Origin: Candidatus Dojkabacteria bacterium
GTDB taxonomy: Bacteria > Patescibacteriota > Dojkabacteria > B142 > WJKM01
Reading direction: 5' to 3'
Length of the DNA: 64,000 nt
Assembly (NCBI GenBank): GCA_014729085.1
Contig: WJKM01000019.1
Location: 836-64,835 of the forward strand
Positions 59,502 through 64,000 of this stretch are shown here, piece by piece; position 1 is the first letter of the stretch; each line of letters opens with the position of its first letter. A program made the translations under genes and the position numbers. Under the pieces are notes generated by a model. The model searched no databases, was not told where the DNA came from, and saw only the letters and a list, made by a program, of their open reading frames with translations.

Positions 59502-60578
59502 ATGGATTTAGATAATATAAGAAAAATACAAAAGCTGGATAAAAAGAATATCAACTCCTCATTAATGCATTTTATAGATCAGTGCAAACAAGGCTGGACA
59601 GAAGCATCTAACCTTCCCCTCAACTACTCATACAAAGATTTGAATCACATTATTACATGTGCCATGGGGGGTTCCCTACTTGGAGCAAGAATATTAAGAC
59701 ATGTCTTTCATCAAGACATAAAAATTCCTTTTAATTATTATGCTCAGTATAATATTCCAGGCTATGTAAATGATAAAACTCTTGCAATTATAATAAGCAA
59801 CTCCGGAAACACAGAAGAAACGCTTTCTGCATATGACCAAGCAAAAAAAATTACTAATAAAATCATAGGAATAACTAAAGGCGGTAAACTTGGCCCTCTC
59901 TGTAAAAAGGATGGTTTCCCGGTTTATTTAATAGATGACAGAGATTTAAACCCCTCATCTGTTCCAAGAGTTGCTGTTGGTTTCCAAATTGGGGCTATTA
60001 CAGCTATTCTGAATAAAATAAACTTAATCCCGATTCCTGAAAAACGTTTTTTCAACATACTTAATAAAGTTAAAAAACAGCTGAAACCTTTATACCCAGA
60101 AGTCAAATCTAACAGTAATCCTGCAAAACAATCTGCCGAGAAGACTTTTGGGAAAATACCAATAATTATTTCCAGCCAACATCTAACTGGAGTTGGAAAA
60201 AGCATAAATAATCAAATAAATGAATCTGGAAAGAATTTTTCTGCTTATTTTGAACTGCCTGAACAAAATCACCACCAACTAGAAGGATTACAATTTCCAA
60301 CTACAAATTCCCAATATCTGCAGTATCTTCTCTTGGAATCAGATCAGTATCATCCAAGAATTTCAAAACGATACAAAATACTGAAATCAATTCTTGATGA
60401 AGAAGGCATCTCACATATCAGTTTGAGATCAGAGCAAGATACTATGCTCGGGGAAGCTCTCGATACATTACAATTTGGAGGATATTACACCTACTATTTA
60501 GGTCTTTTAAATGAAGTTGATCCAGCTCCAAATCCTTATGTAGATAAATTTAAGAAAATGTTAGGGACATACTCTTAA
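59502..60578 (+). CDS. Bifunctional phosphoglucose/phosphomannose isomerase (SIS domain, PGI/PMI family)
   Basis: IITCAMGGSLLGARIL, AIIISNSGNTEETLSAY, and the overall archaeal-type PGI/PMI pattern. Confidence 0.7.
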   Translation: MDLDNIRKIQKLDKKNINSSLMHFIDQCKQGWTEASNLPLNYSYKDLNHIITCAMGGSLLGARILRHVFHQDIKIPFNYYAQYNIPGYVNDKTLAIIISNSGNTEETLSAYDQAKKITNKIIGITKGGKLGPLCKKDGFPVYLIDDRDLNPSSVPRVAVGFQIGAITAILNKINLIPIPEKRFFNILNKVKKQLKPLYPEVKSNSNPAKQSAEKTFGKIPIIISSQHLTGVGKSINNQINESGKNFSAYFELPEQNHHQLEGLQFPTTNSQYLQYLLLESDQYHPRISKRYKILKSILDEEGISHISLRSEQDTMLGEALDTLQFGGYYTYYLGLLNEVDPAPNPYVDKFKKMLGTYS

Positions 60579-60588
60579 TACTTATGTC

Positions 60589-61848
60589 TTAGAAGCCATC
60601 TTCCGGATTATATAATCTATCAATTGTTATAGCACTACTTAAACCATTAGCTATTGTATCTATATAAAACATGAAATTTTCATCAGATAAATCATCAAGA
60701 CCTAGAGCTTCAGACATTTCTCCTAATAGCAGATCTTGTTCTTGAGGTTCTAGACTCAGTACAAGAGACCTAAATACACCAGACACAAGTTCATTTTCGA
60801 GGGTAAGTTCAAATATCTGTTCGGGAGTATATGGATAGTCACTATGACGATTGAAAACCTGTGCTCTAGTATGCTCCGGAATAATCCTTATTAAAAATTG
60901 ATCAGGCTCGACCCTTCTTAAATCGAGGCTTTGGCCAGATGGTAGATCAGGATCGTGAACAAAACCTGTATTCCTCGACACTAAATCATAACCACCATCG
61001 AAAGGTAATACTGTACTTCCTTGCAAAGCTTGAAGTATTTCTATTTTTTCCCCATAATCTTCAACTCCCATTTCGTCGAGTAAACATCCAAGTGGAGGAA
61101 GGGAAACAAGACCTCCCTCAATATCTACAGCTTCAAGTAATTGACTTAGCTCCTGTTCATTACTATATTCTCCTTCCTGAAAGTCTTCTGGTAAATTCTG
61201 AGAGCATGCTTCAGATGGATCATAAAAATTTGCAGGTATCATGGGAGCACCATAAGAAAAAGAAATCTTATTATAGACTGCAACAGAAATGTCAGCGTTG
61301 TCCACCAGTTCATTTGTCCTTTGAACCACATCTTCGCCGTACTCAATTCCAGTATATTCTTCAATGTAATCAAAAACATTCATTGTAGTCTCATCAACCA
61401 TTCTCTCGAGTTCTGGCTGAGTTAATGTATATTCACCCCCTCCTATAGTAAAAATAGTTCTATCAGCACTTTCATAATTCTGAACGTGATCTATTGAAAT
61501 ATCATTATGATCCCAATAATATTTAGGATTCTCTCCTGGAACAACGGGTATATTAGGATTTAATTCCGTATCTACAACTATTTTTCCATATTCCCCAACT
61601 CTCAAACCTTCTGACAAATTCAGCCCTGGTTCTGTATCCCAATGATATGGATTAGTATCATTCGCATTTATTAGGCCATCTCCATCTTCATCTCCATTTG
61701 GATCAAGAGCTACGGATGTTGGCTCAACTAGTTGAGTGTCAGGTGTTGGATTCGATTCTCCTGTCGCACCAGCACAACCTGCACCAAATAACACAAGGGA
61801 GGTTGGTAGAATCCAACGTAAATGTTTACTTAAATTTTCCTGTTCCAT
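60589..61848 (-). CDS. Lipoprotein (signal peptide + lipobox FGAGCAG) with Asp-rich calcium-binding motif
   Basis: MEQENLSKHLRWILPTSLVLFGAGCAG; DPNGDEDGDGLINANDTNPY. Confidence 0.6.
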   Translation of the reverse strand: MEQENLSKHLRWILPTSLVLFGAGCAGATGESNPTPDTQLVEPTSVALDPNGDEDGDGLINANDTNPYHWDTEPGLNLSEGLRVGEYGKIVVDTELNPNIPVVPGENPKYYWDHNDISIDHVQNYESADRTIFTIGGGEYTLTQPELERMVDETTMNVFDYIEEYTGIEYGEDVVQRTNELVDNADISVAVYNKISFSYGAPMIPANFYDPSEACSQNLPEDFQEGEYSNEQELSQLLEAVDIEGGLVSLPPLGCLLDEMGVEDYGEKIEILQALQGSTVLPFDGGYDLVSRNTGFVHDPDLPSGQSLDLRRVEPDQFLIRIIPEHTRAQVFNRHSDYPYTPEQIFELTLENELVSGVFRSLVLSLEPQEQDLLLGEMSEALGLDDLSDENFMFYIDTIANGLSSAITIDRLYNPEDGF

Positions 61849-61944
61849 AATTTATGCAATAATATATTGTTTAATGATTATGCCAACTTATAGTCATAAA
61901 AACAATATTTATGTTATATTAAATATCTAAAATTATTAATAAAG

Positions 61945-62496
61945 ATGGTTAAACCATACAAAACTATATCCTCAAAAACTGTTTATAAATCAAAGTTTAT
62001 TGAAATCAAGAAAGATAACTTTGTGGCTCCTAATGGCATTCAAGGCGAATACTAGTATATGAGCGATAAAGCTCAGAGAGTGCATGCAATAGGCCTGGAT
62101 AAGGATAAGAACTTCATTCTTACTAAACAGTATCGCTATCCAATAAAAACCGTAGTGATTGATGTCGCCGGAGGAGTACCTGAACAAAATGAATCCACTC
62201 AACAAGCCGCAGAAAGAGAATTCTTTGAAGAAACAGGCTATAAAGGTCAGAAAATAATTCATTTAGGTAAATGTTCTATAGAACAGGCAAAAGCGGATTA
62301 TTGGCTATATGAATACTTAATTCTAGATTGTTCTCAAAAAGGGAAAATTCATGGTGGTGAAAAAGTCGAGGAAACCGAAGTTTTTAAGCTTCCTGTAAAT
62401 AAGGCATGGAATTATATAAAAAATAATAGAATAGTTTCCTGCCATTCGATTTCAACAATTACTAAAGCTTTGCTATACCTCCAAATAAAAAAATAA
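61945..62496 (+). pseudogene. NUDIX (ADP-ribose-pyrophosphatase-like) gene interrupted by a single in-frame TAG at 62053-62055
   Basis: MVKPYKTISSKTVYKSKFIEIKKDNFVAPNGIQGEY-TAG-YMSDKAQRVHAIGLDKDKNFILTKQYRYP...EREFFEETGYKG. Both parts are in the same frame, and together match the ADPRase N-terminal beta strands plus Nudix box. Confidence 0.6.
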
Positions 62497-62703
62497 TCTC
62501 TTTGTAATTAAATCAGATAAGTCTAGTTTTTTACATTAAATATGAATAGTAGGTGCATTATATATTTATAAAAAAGTGATGTATAATGTGCACAAAGTCT
62601 CCTCCTATGATAGGAGGAATTTATTTCAAGATAACGTAAATGTAGGTTTCTCTATCAAAAATAGATAGATAAACTGTAATTTTTTATTTTTAATAATTAT
62701 CCA

Positions 62704-63792
62704 ATGAAAATAATTATCTTTGCTGGAGGATCAGGCAAAAGATTTTGGCCCTTATCTCGGAAAAAATATCCAAAGCAGTTCCAACCAATAATAAATAACA
62801 AATCTACAATCGAACTAATGGTGGAATGTGTTGCCAAAAAATATGGCTGGGAAAATATTTATATCCCAACTACGGAACTGCTTGTATCACTAATAAAGAA
62901 TACCTTCCCTTCTCTTCCAATAACTAATATTTTTACAGAACCGGTTAGAAGAGATTTGGGAGCTGCTGTGGGTTATGCGATGGTAAAACTCAGAAAAATA
63001 GGTGCAGAAAATGAGCCAGTAACAATTCTTTGGAGTGACAATTTCCCAGGAAATGTTAAAGCTTTCACTAAAAGCATACAAGCAGGAGAAAATTTAATTA
63101 AGGACGATCCCAATAGAATTATTTTTTTAGGTGAAGAGCCAACATTCCCAAATGATAATCTAGGTTGGATTGAACTTGGAGAGAAGATAGATGAAAAAAA
63201 TAAAATCTCTGCTTATAAACGAAAAAGTTTTAAATACAGACCTTCTGTAAAACAGGCAAAACAATGGTTTAAAAAAGATAATTATGTATGGAACACTGGT
63301 TATTTTGTAACTACACCCAAATTTGTTCTTGAAGAATATGCAAAACAAAAACCAAAAATGTATCTTAAGCTGGAAGAGATTGAAAAAGCTCTAGGTACAG
63401 ATAAGGAAATTGAAGTATTGAAAAAAGTATATCCGGAAATAGAAACCACTCATTTTGACAACGTCGTTCTTGAAGGATTAGACAATAATTTATCTTTGGT
63501 TCTCAAGACCAAATTTGAATGGACAGACCCAGGAACTCTCTATGCTCTTAAAGAATATTTACAGGAAAACCCTGAAGATAATGTTACAAAGGGTCTTGTA
63601 TATCCTTACCAGACAAAGGACTCCCTAGTTTACAATTTTGTAAAAAATCAAATTGTGGCCACAATTGGACTAGATGGTTTTGTTGTAGTAAATACCCCAG
63701 ATGCTCTAATTGTTTTGCATAAAGACAAAATTGGACAAATTAAAGAAATGCTTAAAGAATGGCATGGTACAGAACTTGAAAAATATCTCTAA
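62704..63792 (+). CDS. Mannose-1-phosphate guanylyltransferase (GDP-mannose pyrophosphorylase family)
   Basis: MKIIIFAGGSGKRFWPLSRKKYPKQF nucleotidyltransferase signature; ~360 aa. Confidence 0.75.
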   Translation: MKIIIFAGGSGKRFWPLSRKKYPKQFQPIINNKSTIELMVECVAKKYGWENIYIPTTELLVSLIKNTFPSLPITNIFTEPVRRDLGAAVGYAMVKLRKIGAENEPVTILWSDNFPGNVKAFTKSIQAGENLIKDDPNRIIFLGEEPTFPNDNLGWIELGEKIDEKNKISAYKRKSFKYRPSVKQAKQWFKKDNYVWNTGYFVTTPKFVLEEYAKQKPKMYLKLEEIEKALGTDKEIEVLKKVYPEIETTHFDNVVLEGLDNNLSLVLKTKFEWTDPGTLYALKEYLQENPEDNVTKGLVYPYQTKDSLVYNFVKNQIVATIGLDGFVVVNTPDALIVLHKDKIGQIKEMLKEWHGTELEKYL

Positions 63793-63810
63793 TAAAATTA
63801 TCAATTAATC

Positions 63811-64000
63811 ATGGCTTACAAACATTCAAAATTTACTGGATACAACTCTATAGTTGAAATTATTCAAGAAAATGGAAGTAAATATGTATTAAAAACTATA
63901 CGTATTCCAATGGAACTCTCAGTTGTTCAAGATTTGGAGCAAAGGATACTCCTGCAAAGATCAGCTCTTGAATCTATGGGTATCTCTATTCCCGAGCTCA
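63811..64000 (+). CDS. Hypothetical protein, N-terminal fragment (runs off the window end)
   Basis: ORF from the ATG at 63811, MAYKHSKFTGYNSIVEIIQENGSKYVLKTIRIP...; open at the edge. Confidence 0.3.
   Translation, partial: MAYKHSKFTGYNSIVEIIQENGSKYVLKTIRIPMELSVVQDLEQRILLQRSALESMGISIPEL

Noticed and set aside
61741-61780. tRNA-like 3' end (ggattcgattctcc…gcacca)
   Set aside because: No acceptable T-stem pairing or upstream cloverleaf. The region lies inside a well-supported lipoprotein CDS.
1-64000. CRISPR arrays, IS elements, integrases, rRNA and tRNA genes
   Set aside because: I found no regularly spaced direct repeats, transposase/integrase-like ORFs, rRNA-like conserved blocks or tRNA cloverleaf/T-loop boxes on inspection of the intergenic regions.

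Overview
The window is AT-rich (roughly 30-35% GC by eye), gene-dense bacterial chromosome with a mostly housekeeping backbone. Many proteins carry insertions, fusions or extra low-complexity regions. That style, the split transketolase and the minimal SUF set, make me suspect a small-genome, possibly CPR/Patescibacteria-like, organism; this is inference only.

Recognisable genes include NusA, chorismate mutase, two Asp/Glu racemases, a GCS2-type carboxylate-amine ligase, a split transketolase with an SDR gene between the halves, tandem GNATs, and two SLH-domain surface proteins. Also present are TrpRS, a WecA/MraY-type transferase, an LCP protein, SufC, SufS, SufU, SufB and a short SufD-like protein, Tmk, a LOG-family protein, Dus, trigger factor, RecF, SSB, an IMPase, a ThyX-like protein, dCMP deaminase, SurE, YraN and several Nudix hydrolases. 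The right-hand end carries IleRS, two signal peptidase I paralogues, ParA, a methyltransferase, a PMI-like gene, an SIS PGI/PMI gene and ManC.

The most unusual object is a 1538-aa type-2 isoleucyl-tRNA synthetase whose single continuous ORF carries three inserted hydrolase domains: a YdeN/RBBP9-type serine hydrolase, a Nudix domain and a histidine phosphatase. A second aaRS, TrpRS, is fused to an N-terminal YbaK-like deacylase domain and a C-terminal EMAP-type tRNA-binding domain.

Other notable points:
- Two separate racemase plus putative ligase gene pairs.
- A tandemly duplicated hairpin-containing leader element upstream of one of those pairs.
- A suf operon interrupted by a 3.3-kb island of small ORFs plus SSB.
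- A Nudix gene with a single in-frame TAG.
- A Cys-rich gene frameshifted at a C6 homopolymer.
- GC-richer Cys/His-rich small ORFs with atypical composition.

I found no tRNA, rRNA, CRISPR array or transposase/integrase.
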